From positions 1 through 62,715 of the IMG/VR virus record IMGVR_UViG_3300008108_000056: a DNA stretch of 62,715 nucleotides, one strand, 5' to 3'. The stretch is from a virus (taxonomy: Duplodnaviria > Caudoviricetes). This document shows positions 26,888 through 36,186 of this stretch, piece after piece (within the stretch, counting starts at the first letter, position 1; every line of letters begins with the position of its first letter). Under the pieces are notes generated by a model, which searched no databases, had not been told where the DNA came from, and was given only the letters and a program-made list of their open reading frames with translations. The translations under genes and the position numbers were made by a program.

Positions 26888-29266
26888 ATGGCAGCAGGAA
26901 GACTAGCATCATCAAAACCAGCAGCAACTACCAATACAACGTTGTATTCATGTCCTATTGGTTATGCAGCATCAGTAGTACTGAATGTATGCAACCAAAG
27001 TTCATCAGCAACATCTTATCGAGTTGCATTGAGGAACTATACACAAATTATTACAACCACTGGAAGTTCTCATACTTTTAATAGAGGTAATCCAATTTCT
27101 ACGTATAGATTAACTCTTTCTCCTGGGATTCCAATTTCAGGTTTTAATCCTGGTGACACTTACACTGATACTAACAGTAAGTGGTCTTTAAAAATGTTAG
27201 ATGTTGTAAAAGATACGTCTATTATTACTGTTAATACCAGAATCTTTAGAGTTGGAACTATTACATATAATAATATATCTCCAGCACTAACTACCTTCTC
27301 TGTTGGTAATACGATTACTGATTCTACAAGTGGATTGACAGCAAAAGTTGTTGGTGTAGATTCTCTCAATTCTCAAGTACATATCCAATTAGAACCTTTA
27401 TCTACCGTTGCTACTTCATTAAAATTGGCTTCTGCTCCAGTATATATTACTGCTGGTGCTAATCAATTTTTAGCAATTCCTAGTGGAACTTCTTTTGAAA
27501 TTGTAAGAATCAGTGCTTGGACTCCTGCAACCTACACTGCTACTATTGTAAGAGCACAACAAGGAACAACAGCAGCAAAGATTCCTGTTGCTGCAAATTC
27601 AATTTCTTTAAGTCTTACTGCAACAACAAAAACTATTAATGAAGGTGCTTCTTTCAGTTCAACTGATACTACATTAACTTTGAATAACGTAACAGGATTG
27701 TTTACTGGTGATTATTTAAAAATTGGAAATGAATTTCTACTTGTTCAAGTAGTTGATTCTGGAACTTCTACTGTTAACGTTCTTAGAGGACAATTATCAT
27801 CTACTGCAGCAACTCATGCAGATGGTGCAACAGTTACAAGAGTTGCTAACAATGGTAATGTGTTTGTTAATTATTTTGGTACTACACCAACACCAGCACC
27901 AGCAACAAAAAATTACACTTTAACTGCAAATATGACAAATGATTTTGTATTTGCTGGAGATGCTACAGGTAACGATCCAACAATTACGGTTAATATTGGA
28001 GACACTTTAACTTTTGTAAATAATGTTGCAGGAGCTCCTCTCCACATCATGAATACTACAGGTGCTTACAATGTAGCAAACGTTGTAACAACAGGAATTA
28101 CTAATGATGGTGCTGATGGTGGGGAAACATTAACCTGGGATACTACAGGACTTGCAGCAGGAACTTATTTTTATTTGAATGAATTCCAGTCAACTATGCA
28201 AGGTCAGATTATCTTAGTTACTCCATCTTCAGATCCAACCATTTCAAACGGAACTTCCACAGCAAGAGTATCTACTTCAGCCAGTGCTTATATGTCATAT
28301 GATGAATTTGTTCATGACTTCAATGGTGATAGTAATTTTGAATGGACTCCCAATGGATTCTCTCTGAATCTTGGTAGAATTTATAGATTTGATCAGTCAG
28401 ACTCTACAAATACTTCACAACCATTTAGATTTTCGGATCAGCAAAGTTTAACACCTTTATATACAACTGGTGTTACTACTTCTGGAACACCAGGTTCTGC
28501 TGGAGCATTTACTCAGATTGACTTAACTGCATCTTCACCTACAGTATTGTATTCATTATCTACTGCACCAGATGATGAATCTTATGGTTCAAGTTTTACT
28601 ATTAATAACGATCCAGCATATACACAAATTTTTGTTTATGATGTTACTGCAACACCAACTGTTTCAGATACATTTACTAGTGGCATTACAACATCAACCA
28701 CTCAGACAATTAGTGCTGTACAACCAGGTCCATATGGATATGTTCAAGAGTTTAGTGGAACAACCTTAAAAATTTCTTTGGGTAATAAATCTACAGCATT
28801 TGCATCGTATACAACTTCAATAACTGGAACTTCTGGACAATTTACAATTACTGTTGGATCAAATGCAAATCTTGCTGTAGGTATGGCAGTAACTGGTACA
28901 GGAGTTGCAACTGGAGCAAAGATTACAAATATTGTAGGAACTACAGTAACTCTAGATATTGCAAATACTGGGGCTGTTTCTGGAACTGGAACATTTAACT
29001 TTACATTTTTAGATACTCCATTAACCATTGCTGGTATAAAAACAACAGCAACAGTTTCTTCAGTATCAGAAATTGATGTTGCAGATTACATTCTTTATGA
29101 CAAATCAATTTCTGGAAATACTACAGATAAAAATACGGGAATTGTTGTTGGTCCAGGGTCTAGCATCATGGTATATTCGACTGCAAACTCACTTAGTTAT
29201 GTTGTTAATGGTTTTGAAGATGTAACTAGTGACTGGACAACAGTTCAGTATAGATACAGAACGTAA
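26888..29266 (+). CDS. tail-associated structural protein with degenerate cupredoxin-like domains
   Basis: Thr/Ser-rich beta protein; RGQ..T.AA.H repeats; DPTITVNIGDTLTF...AGTYFY...MQGQI. Confidence 0.7.
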   Translation: MAAGRLASSKPAATTNTTLYSCPIGYAASVVLNVCNQSSSATSYRVALRNYTQIITTTGSSHTFNRGNPISTYRLTLSPGIPISGFNPGDTYTDTNSKWSLKMLDVVKDTSIITVNTRIFRVGTITYNNISPALTTFSVGNTITDSTSGLTAKVVGVDSLNSQVHIQLEPLSTVATSLKLASAPVYITAGANQFLAIPSGTSFEIVRISAWTPATYTATIVRAQQGTTAAKIPVAANSISLSLTATTKTINEGASFSSTDTTLTLNNVTGLFTGDYLKIGNEFLLVQVVDSGTSTVNVLRGQLSSTAATHADGATVTRVANNGNVFVNYFGTTPTPAPATKNYTLTANMTNDFVFAGDATGNDPTITVNIGDTLTFVNNVAGAPLHIMNTTGAYNVANVVTTGITNDGADGGETLTWDTTGLAAGTYFYLNEFQSTMQGQIILVTPSSDPTISNGTSTARVSTSASAYMSYDEFVHDFNGDSNFEWTPNGFSLNLGRIYRFDQSDSTNTSQPFRFSDQQSLTPLYTTGVTTSGTPGSAGAFTQIDLTASSPTVLYSLSTAPDDESYGSSFTINNDPAYTQIFVYDVTATPTVSDTFTSGITTSTTQTISAVQPGPYGYVQEFSGTTLKISLGNKSTAFASYTTSITGTSGQFTITVGSNANLAVGMAVTGTGVATGAKITNIVGTTVTLDIANTGAVSGTGTFNFTFLDTPLTIAGIKTTATVSSVSEIDVADYILYDKSISGNTTDKNTGIVVGPGSSIMVYSTANSLSYVVNGFEDVTSDWTTVQYRYRT

Positions 29267-29308
29267 TTTTATATAAAATTGTTCTTTAAATCCTTAGGGT
29301 AAAATAAT

Positions 29309-32300
29309 ATGGCATTAACAAGACTTAAGAACATTATCACATCTAGAACTGGTCGTATCATCTATGTTAACCCAGATGATTTCGATGCTTCTGATGATTT
29401 TGACAACAGGGGCAACTCATCTCTGAGACCATTTAGAACACTTCAACGTGCTTTCCTTGAAGTAGCACGATTCTCATATCGTGTTGGTCTATCGAATGAC
29501 GAATTTGACGCATTTACAATTTACTTATTTCCATCAGAATATATTATTGACAATAGACCAGGAACTTCAACATACAATGATATTGTTCCTTTTGATGCCA
29601 ATACTAATTTTGATATTAATAGTCCTGTTAATGTTCTTTATAGATTTAACTCCACAGATGGTGGAGTTATTGTTCCTAGAGGTTGTTCAATCGTAGGTAC
29701 AGACCTTAGAAGAACTAAGATTGTTCCCAAGTATATTCCTTATCCAACAACGAGTTCTGCATTAGGTATTACCTCACTTAACGAACCAGCAACTGCAGCA
29801 ATCTTCCGTGTAACTGGTGGTTGTTATTTCTGGCAGATGTCATTCTTTGATGGTGATAGTAACGGTGTATATTATAAGTCAAATGATGCATCGCAAATTT
29901 CACCTAACTTCTCTCACCATAAGTTAACTTGTTTTGAATTTGCAAATAAAGCAGATCTAGATCTGTACTACCAAAAAATCTCAAAAGGTTATGCATCTAT
30001 TCCAGATACTTCTGGTATTGTTGCACAAGACCAATTGCAGGCACGTGTTGAAGAAAACAGAATCGTTGGTCCTATCTCTGACGAATATAGAGTTTCTCAG
30101 ATCATTCGTAATGGACAGACAGTAACTGCATTTACCGTTGATGAACTTGGTAATCCAGTCAACCATGGATTCTCTGTTGGTGTTGCTGTTAATATTTCTG
30201 GTGTTACTGGACCCACAGAGGGTGATGCTCTACTGTATAATGGATCTTTCCTCTTAACTTCTGCATCAGGTAACCAGTTTACTTATCAGGTATCAGCAGA
30301 ACCATCGGGTAATGCTATTGGATCTAATATCTTAGTTAAGGTTGAAATTGATACTGTTGACTCTGCATCACCATATATCTTCAACTGTTCCTTGCGTTCA
30401 GTTTGGGGTGTCAATGGTATGCACGCAGATGGTGCAAGAGCAACAGGTTTCAAATCAATGGTTGTTGCACAGTTCACTGGAATTTCTCTACAGAAAGACG
30501 ACCGTGCATTTGTGAGATATAATCCTTCAACTGGATCTTATGATGATGCTGGGTCTGGTGCTCACATTGACGGTACTGCACGATATAAGAAGGGGTGGAG
30601 ACACTGCCACATTAAAGCATCAAACGACGCATTTATTCAGGTCGTTTCGGTGTTTGCTGTGGGATTCGGTGATCACTTCTTTGCTGATAGTGGTGGAGAC
30701 ATGTCTATCACCAACTCTAACTCAAACTTTGGTTCATTGTCTCTACGTTGTAAGGGATTCAAGGCAGCAGCTTTTACTAAAGACAAGGCAGGACAAATCA
30801 CTCATATTATTCCACCTAAGTCACTTGCTGATGTTCCTGAAATTTCAATTAACTGGACAACAATTGATATTCAAAAGACTAAGCAGGTTGGTAACACTGG
30901 AAGATTGTATCTCTACGGATATACATCACAATCTTCTCCTCCTCCAACTAAAGTTCAGGGATATAATATTGGTGCAAGGCAAGATGGTTCAGTTCCCGAT
31001 AGACTGTATGTTCAGTTAGTTGTATCTGGACAAAGTGCAGCATCAACCCAATCTGCACGTATTACACCATTTGGACCATCTGTAACAGGAACAGCAGCAA
31101 ATAGTTCAGGAAATCCTATTAAATGGGATGCGGCAAATTCACAGTGGTATCTACAAGTAGAAGGTGCAACAAATACAATTTACACAACTCTTGTTGGTAA
31201 TGTTAAGTATAACACTGTGGCATTTACCCCAACAACATTCCTAAAGAGAGTTCCCGATGCTCGTGTTCTTAAGGATAGAATTTATCGTTTCCGTTATGTT
31301 TTAGATAAAGATGCTTTCCCAATTCCACGTGCCCCCATCACTGGTTTTGTAATGCAACCACGTTCATCTGAAGTTAACTCACCTTCATACAATAGAGTTT
31401 ATTATGTTTATGAAGTTGAAACTTTCCAAACATTTGAACGTGGTGTTAAAGATGGTATCTATTATCTAACTGTACTTGAAGCATCTGTTTCACCATCAAC
31501 ATCAAACTTCAATGATTATAAGTTCTCACAGAACGTAACTGAAGTGTACCCTGCATTTGATAGAGATAATCCAAACGCAGATCCAAATGAGGCAGTATCA
31601 GTTGCAGATAATATCATTATTGGTAAAGTATATTCCACAGATGGAGCAACTCCAACACCTAATTTAGATTCTAAGAGAAGTATTACTAAGGAAGCAACAT
31701 TACATTGGGTTGCTGAAGTTGAAAATAACTTAGGTTATAACTCCACAAATAAATCTATTTCTGGAACAGTTATTACTGCTAGACTTGGTGATGCAGAAAC
31801 TAGAAAGATTCCAGTTAAAATTAATGCAGACGGTTCAAACTCACCAGTTTTAGTCGAACTCCGTCGTCACTCGATTCTACGTTCTGGTAACCACACATTT
31901 GAATATCTTGGTTTCGGTCCTGGTAACTACTCAACTGCATTCCCCTCAACTCAGGTTGAAGTTCTAACTCAAGAACAAGTTAAACTTTCTCAGTCTCTTA
32001 GGGAAGCAGCAGGTGTTGCATTCTATTCTGGATTGAACTCTAATGGTGACCTATTCATCGGTAACCAGGTTGTTAACCCAGTTACAGGTCAGATTACAAA
32101 TGATGATATTGCACAGTTGAATGTTATCGGTGAAGAGAATACTACAATTCAAACTTTCTCTGAATTGATTCTTACTGATAAACTGACTGTTCTTGGTGGT
32201 GCATCTAACCAGTTAGAATCTCTGTTTGTTGGTCCTGTTACCTTTACTGGTAAAGTGACATCCAGCAGCAATATGCAAGCACTGAAACTTACATATGCCA

Positions 32301-32872
32301 ACGATGATGGTACTGTTCTAAAACAAACCTTCATGGCAAAAGATAATGGAAGTGGATTGCCTGTTATTGTTGGATCTCCTGCATTCAACGAAGGGGATAT
32401 TATTTACAATATTGACTGGACTCCAGGCAAATCTATGGGATGGATTTATGGATCTGGAACCTGGTATCAGTGGGGACTAACGGACACTAAAGGATTTACA
32501 TCCACAAGATCAGGTAATAATGTTTTCTGGGGAATTGATGCTACACCATCGTCTTCTCATAAACTAAATGTTGGTGGAAATACAAACGTTGGTGGTAACC
32601 TAACCGTTACTGGAACTTATGGATTATCTGGTAGATACAAACTTGCTACTGGACAAGCAAATAATAACAATGGTGTTACGTATGCTGGTAATGGATCAAC
32701 TTCTAGTTTTGCAATTAGTCCTGGTCACACTTCATTTTCTGTTATTGTTGCACTTAATGGTGTTCTTCAAGTTCCAGTTGCAGACTATAATGTTACCAGT
32801 AACTCTGTAGTATTTGTTGGCACACCACCAGCAACGGGTGATACCATTCATATTCGTGAATTGCCAATCTAA
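29309..32872 (+). CDS. large conserved cyanophage virion / tail-fibre-like protein
   Basis: IIYVNPDDFDASD...GNS..RPFRTLQRAFLE N-terminus, SMVVAQFTG, SITNSNSNFG, SILRSGNHTFEYLGFGPGNYST; C-terminal V.LNGVLQ.P..DY repeat. Confidence 0.8.
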   Translation: MALTRLKNIITSRTGRIIYVNPDDFDASDDFDNRGNSSLRPFRTLQRAFLEVARFSYRVGLSNDEFDAFTIYLFPSEYIIDNRPGTSTYNDIVPFDANTNFDINSPVNVLYRFNSTDGGVIVPRGCSIVGTDLRRTKIVPKYIPYPTTSSALGITSLNEPATAAIFRVTGGCYFWQMSFFDGDSNGVYYKSNDASQISPNFSHHKLTCFEFANKADLDLYYQKISKGYASIPDTSGIVAQDQLQARVEENRIVGPISDEYRVSQIIRNGQTVTAFTVDELGNPVNHGFSVGVAVNISGVTGPTEGDALLYNGSFLLTSASGNQFTYQVSAEPSGNAIGSNILVKVEIDTVDSASPYIFNCSLRSVWGVNGMHADGARATGFKSMVVAQFTGISLQKDDRAFVRYNPSTGSYDDAGSGAHIDGTARYKKGWRHCHIKASNDAFIQVVSVFAVGFGDHFFADSGGDMSITNSNSNFGSLSLRCKGFKAAAFTKDKAGQITHIIPPKSLADVPEISINWTTIDIQKTKQVGNTGRLYLYGYTSQSSPPPTKVQGYNIGARQDGSVPDRLYVQLVVSGQSAASTQSARITPFGPSVTGTAANSSGNPIKWDAANSQWYLQVEGATNTIYTTLVGNVKYNTVAFTPTTFLKRVPDARVLKDRIYRFRYVLDKDAFPIPRAPITGFVMQPRSSEVNSPSYNRVYYVYEVETFQTFERGVKDGIYYLTVLEASVSPSTSNFNDYKFSQNVTEVYPAFDRDNPNADPNEAVSVADNIIIGKVYSTDGATPTPNLDSKRSITKEATLHWVAEVENNLGYNSTNKSISGTVITARLGDAETRKIPVKINADGSNSPVLVELRRHSILRSGNHTFEYLGFGPGNYSTAFPSTQVEVLTQEQVKLSQSLREAAGVAFYSGLNSNGDLFIGNQVVNPVTGQITNDDIAQLNVIGEENTTIQTFSELILTDKLTVLGGASNQLESLFVGPVTFTGKVTSSSNMQALKLTYANDDGTVLKQTFMAKDNGSGLPVIVGSPAFNEGDIIYNIDWTPGKSMGWIYGSGTWYQWGLTDTKGFTSTRSGNNVFWGIDATPSSSHKLNVGGNTNVGGNLTVTGTYGLSGRYKLATGQANNNNGVTYAGNGSTSSFAISPGHTSFSVIVALNGVLQVPVADYNVTSNSVVFVGTPPATGDTIHIRELPI

Positions 32873-32875
32873 TTC

Positions 32876-32882
32876 ATAAATA
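32876..32882 (+). promoter_or_regulatory. T4-type late promoter
   Basis: ATAAATA, intergenic. Confidence 0.6.
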
Positions 32883-32905
32883 GTAAAGAAAAGTAGGAAT
32901 CAGCT

Positions 32906-33781
32906 ATGCCAACAAAGATTATAGGAAACCAAATTGATTCCTCAACTGTTGCATTGATGAACTCTTTGACGTTGAGCAACAATTTTAGGTTACCATCATT
33001 AGCTACAGCAAGTAGACCAGCATCACCTAATGCTGGACAGATGATATTTGACACAGACCTAGATAATGTTGTAGTATGGAGACTCAAAACTGGTCCAAAC
33101 AAAAATACTGCAGCATGGGCAGTTGTTGGTGCTGGTGGTCCGTCTATCGGAACACTTTCAATTATAAGATCTAACGGTCCTTCTATTAATGAAAATCTCA
33201 CAATTGGACCAACTGCTAATGGTGGTGCAGAATTTACTAATGGATTTTCTGGTGGACCTATTTCTATTGGAAATGGATTCACAGTAACCATTGAGACAAA
33301 TGCAAACTATACCATTATTGGTAATGATGACTTCTCTGGTACTGGTCCATTCTTTGAAACAATGGAGAATCTTGCCGTATACCAGAATCTTAGAATATCT
33401 GGTAGTGGGTTACTTGAATTTGGTGAAACCAGAGAATATGTAACAATGTTAAGTAACCCATCTGGAACTGTTGCCTATAATTTTATAGATGGTGGTGTTT
33501 GGTATGGAGAAAATCCATTAACAGGAAATTGGACAGTAAATTTAGTTAATGTTCCTACAGATGAAATGTTTGCGATGGGAATTACAATTGTAACTAGACA
33601 AGCAACTTCAAGTGGTTTGCCAACAGGTTTTCAGATTAATGGAGCTGGACAAACTATAAGGTGGGCAGGTGGATCTACTCCTTCTGCTAGTACTGCGGGA
33701 AGAGTTGATGTTACTACTTTTAGTTTTGTTAGAATTGCAGGTTCTTGGATTGTAACTGGTTCAAATAGTTCTTTTGGATAA
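32906..33781 (+). CDS. short tail-fibre-associated protein
   Basis: RPASPNAGQMIFDTD, GP.I.NG.TVTI, IRWAGGSTP...DV..FSF fibre-tip motifs. Confidence 0.7.
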   Translation: MPTKIIGNQIDSSTVALMNSLTLSNNFRLPSLATASRPASPNAGQMIFDTDLDNVVVWRLKTGPNKNTAAWAVVGAGGPSIGTLSIIRSNGPSINENLTIGPTANGGAEFTNGFSGGPISIGNGFTVTIETNANYTIIGNDDFSGTGPFFETMENLAVYQNLRISGSGLLEFGETREYVTMLSNPSGTVAYNFIDGGVWYGENPLTGNWTVNLVNVPTDEMFAMGITIVTRQATSSGLPTGFQINGAGQTIRWAGGSTPSASTAGRVDVTTFSFVRIAGSWIVTGSNSSFG

Positions 33782-33782
33782 T

Positions 33783-34574
33783 ATGGCATTAAATAAGATT
33801 GGAAGTAAACAATTTTCTAGTGGATTTAAACCATCAGCAATTGGTGGTGGATCTGGATTTACTTCGGCTGCAGCAATTAAAGCAGCAACTGGAACTAATG
33901 TTGACGGTGTATATCAGATAAATCTACCTAATGTTGGTTTAAGAAATGTATTCTGTATTATGAACTCTGCTATTGATGGTGGAGGTTGGATGATGATGAT
34001 GAAAGCAACTAGAGGAACAACTTTTGAGTGGGGAGCTAGTTATTGGACAACTAATAATACTCTCAATCCAAATGAAACAAATAGAAATGATGGTGACGCA
34101 AAATTTGATGTTATGAATACATTTCCAGCAAGAGATATGCTTGCTCTTTGGCCAGACATTGGCCAAGGTGGTTGTATTAGTGTTAGTGGATACCCATGGA
34201 TATGGCTGCAAAATAACTTTAATGGTGGTACTAGGATAATTCCTATTGATTTTTGGAATAGTGTAGATAGATATTTTATTCAAAATGCTAACAATCATTG
34301 TGGAATAGGTGCTTTTTCTGGTCAGGCAGATGTTGCTTTTTATGGATATAACTATAGGAATAACCCAGGATGGGCACGAACTCGTTGGGGGTATGGGTGG
34401 AATGAAAATGGAGGTGGGCAATTTCCAAATGGAGATATGAATAGTGATGATGTTTCTGGTGGTATAGGAATGACTGGTAGTTTTGGTAGCTTTTCTGCAG
34501 GAGATCGAGTTAATTGTTGTAATAATAGAGGTGGTATAAATAGGTCTGCAAGGGTTGAAATTTATGTCAGATAG
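33783..34574 (+). CDS. fibrinogen-related (FReD / intelectin-like) domain protein
   Basis: SAAAIK...DGVYQI......VFCIM....GGGWMMMMK, the N-terminal motif of fibrinogen C-terminal domains. Confidence 0.75.
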   Translation: MALNKIGSKQFSSGFKPSAIGGGSGFTSAAAIKAATGTNVDGVYQINLPNVGLRNVFCIMNSAIDGGGWMMMMKATRGTTFEWGASYWTTNNTLNPNETNRNDGDAKFDVMNTFPARDMLALWPDIGQGGCISVSGYPWIWLQNNFNGGTRIIPIDFWNSVDRYFIQNANNHCGIGAFSGQADVAFYGYNYRNNPGWARTRWGYGWNENGGGQFPNGDMNSDDVSGGIGMTGSFGSFSAGDRVNCCNNRGGINRSARVEIYVR

Positions 34575-34809
34575 TATTCTTACTGGGCATCAAGTTGCTC
34601 TTAGATATATTAATTTTCTTTCTTTAAAGATGCAAAGTAATGATTCAGATGTTGCAGAACTGGCAAAATATATTCATGAATGTACTGATAATGTAGATGA
34701 ATTGAGAAAAAGATACAAGCAATTATTTTCAAAGTATAAAATAGATTCTGAAGATAAAAAACAAATTGTCTACATTACCGAAAAAATTTTAGAGTTTATA
34801 AATAAATAA
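34564..34809 (+). CDS. hypothetical protein
   Basis: ORF after TATAAATA at 34535-34542. Confidence 0.55.
   Translation: MSDSILTGHQVALRYINFLSLKMQSNDSDVAELAKYIHECTDNVDELRKRYKQLFSKYKIDSEDKKQIVYITEKILEFINK
34797..34804 (+). promoter_or_regulatory. T4 late promoter
   Basis: TATAAATA 34 nt before the Gly-rich fibre gene. Confidence 0.7.
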
Positions 34810-34837
34810 AGGAAAACAATTACAGGATTAATTACTA

Positions 34838-35644
34838 ATGAGTACACTACGAGTAACTAACATCCGAGATTTGGCAGGTACTGGTGGATTCTTCCTGAAT
34901 TCTGGTACTATTTCGGCTCAAGGTACATTAACTGTATCTAACCTTGTTATTAATGGAACAATTTCGGGTTCAAACAAGCAATATCTACCATCACAGAGTG
35001 GTCAAAGTGGTAGATTCTTAACAACAGATGGAGTTAACCCATCATGGGGAACTCTATCACTTGATGCTGGTCCAGTTTCGATGCAAGTTTTCACTTCATC
35101 TGGAACTTGGAATAGACCTGCAAATATTAAGTATATTCGTGTTCAGGTACTTGCTGGTGGTGGAGGTGGGTCTGGTCATGGTGAATCTGGTGGTGCTGGT
35201 GGATATTCAGAAGTTTATGTTAATGTACAATCTGTACCTTCAGTTGGTGTAACTGTTGGTGGTGGAGGTGGTGGAACTTGGTACGCAAACGCAGGTGGTA
35301 CTGGACAAGCATCATCATTTGGAGGATTTGCTTCAGCAAGTCCAGGGCATGGAGCAAATACCCAAAACCAACATTGTGGAGGTAGAGCAGGTGTCGGATC
35401 TGGTGGATCTTTGAATATTCATGGTGGTGGTGGTCAAGGTCATGAACACTATGGTGGTGGTGGAGATGGTGGAGCATCCTATTTCGGTGGTTCTGGACCT
35501 TCTGGGCACCCTAATGGTGGTAACTATGCACATAACCACCAAGCACACTCAGCACCTGGAACTGGAGGATCCTCTGGATGGACTAGTGGCCACAGAGGTG
35601 CCGATGGTAGACCTGGTATGGTAGTAATTACGGAGTACAGATAA
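34838..35644 (+). CDS. glycine-rich tail fibre / adhesin
   Basis: MSTLRV, PSQSGQSGRFLTTDG...SW, FTSSGTW..P...RVQVLAGGGGG, multiple poly-Gly segments, G..GMVVITEY end. Confidence 0.8.
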   Translation: MSTLRVTNIRDLAGTGGFFLNSGTISAQGTLTVSNLVINGTISGSNKQYLPSQSGQSGRFLTTDGVNPSWGTLSLDAGPVSMQVFTSSGTWNRPANIKYIRVQVLAGGGGGSGHGESGGAGGYSEVYVNVQSVPSVGVTVGGGGGGTWYANAGGTGQASSFGGFASASPGHGANTQNQHCGGRAGVGSGGSLNIHGGGGQGHEHYGGGGDGGASYFGGSGPSGHPNGGNYAHNHQAHSAPGTGGSSGWTSGHRGADGRPGMVVITEYR

Positions 35645-35645
35645 A

Positions 35646-36134
35646 ATGAAAAAAGTCTTAGTAACTTACGATGGTATTATTTCACAAATAGAAGAACCTG
35701 GAAGAGAATTTGAAATTTATGAGGGTCCAGATGCTGTAATAGCTTGGGTTGATGCTCCAGATAATGTTGGTCCATTATGGTCTTTGGAATATAGTCCAAA
35801 AGAAGATAAAATGATTTGGGTTGAGAGGGAGGAAGCCCCTGCAGATCCTGTCTTAAAAAGAGTAATTGCATATGGTGCTATTGGGGATCAACTTGATATG
35901 CTATTCAAAGATATTACTGCTGGTAATATTGAAGATGGTGCATGGGTTAATCATATTAAAAATGTAAAGGAAACTACACCAAAACCATTTGATGATCGTA
36001 GAAATTTTGAAGAGATTCAAAAGAATCTAGAAGATCAAGAACCATCAGCATTATTGCCAGTTAAATATTCATCAAGAGATCTTCCAGCATGGGTAAGATA
36101 TCCTGGTTGGAAAGGTTATCAGGGGGCATCTTGA
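35646..36134 (+). CDS. tail-fibre-associated protein
   Basis: R..AYG.IGDQLDMLFKDI...W..HIK.VKE..PKP motif common next to fibre genes. Confidence 0.6.
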   Translation: MKKVLVTYDGIISQIEEPGREFEIYEGPDAVIAWVDAPDNVGPLWSLEYSPKEDKMIWVEREEAPADPVLKRVIAYGAIGDQLDMLFKDITAGNIEDGAWVNHIKNVKETTPKPFDDRRNFEEIQKNLEDQEPSALLPVKYSSRDLPAWVRYPGWKGYQGAS

Positions 36135-36159
36135 CATTCTAAATAGTTTTTGATATACT
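36131..36159 (+). promoter_or_regulatory. sigma70 promoter with embedded late-like CTAAATA, driving the halogenase/oxygenase operon
   Basis: TTGACA-17 bp-TATACT; CTAAATA at 36139-36145. Confidence 0.75.
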
Positions 36160-36186
36160 TGTTAATAAATTGGAGTGATAATAGGA

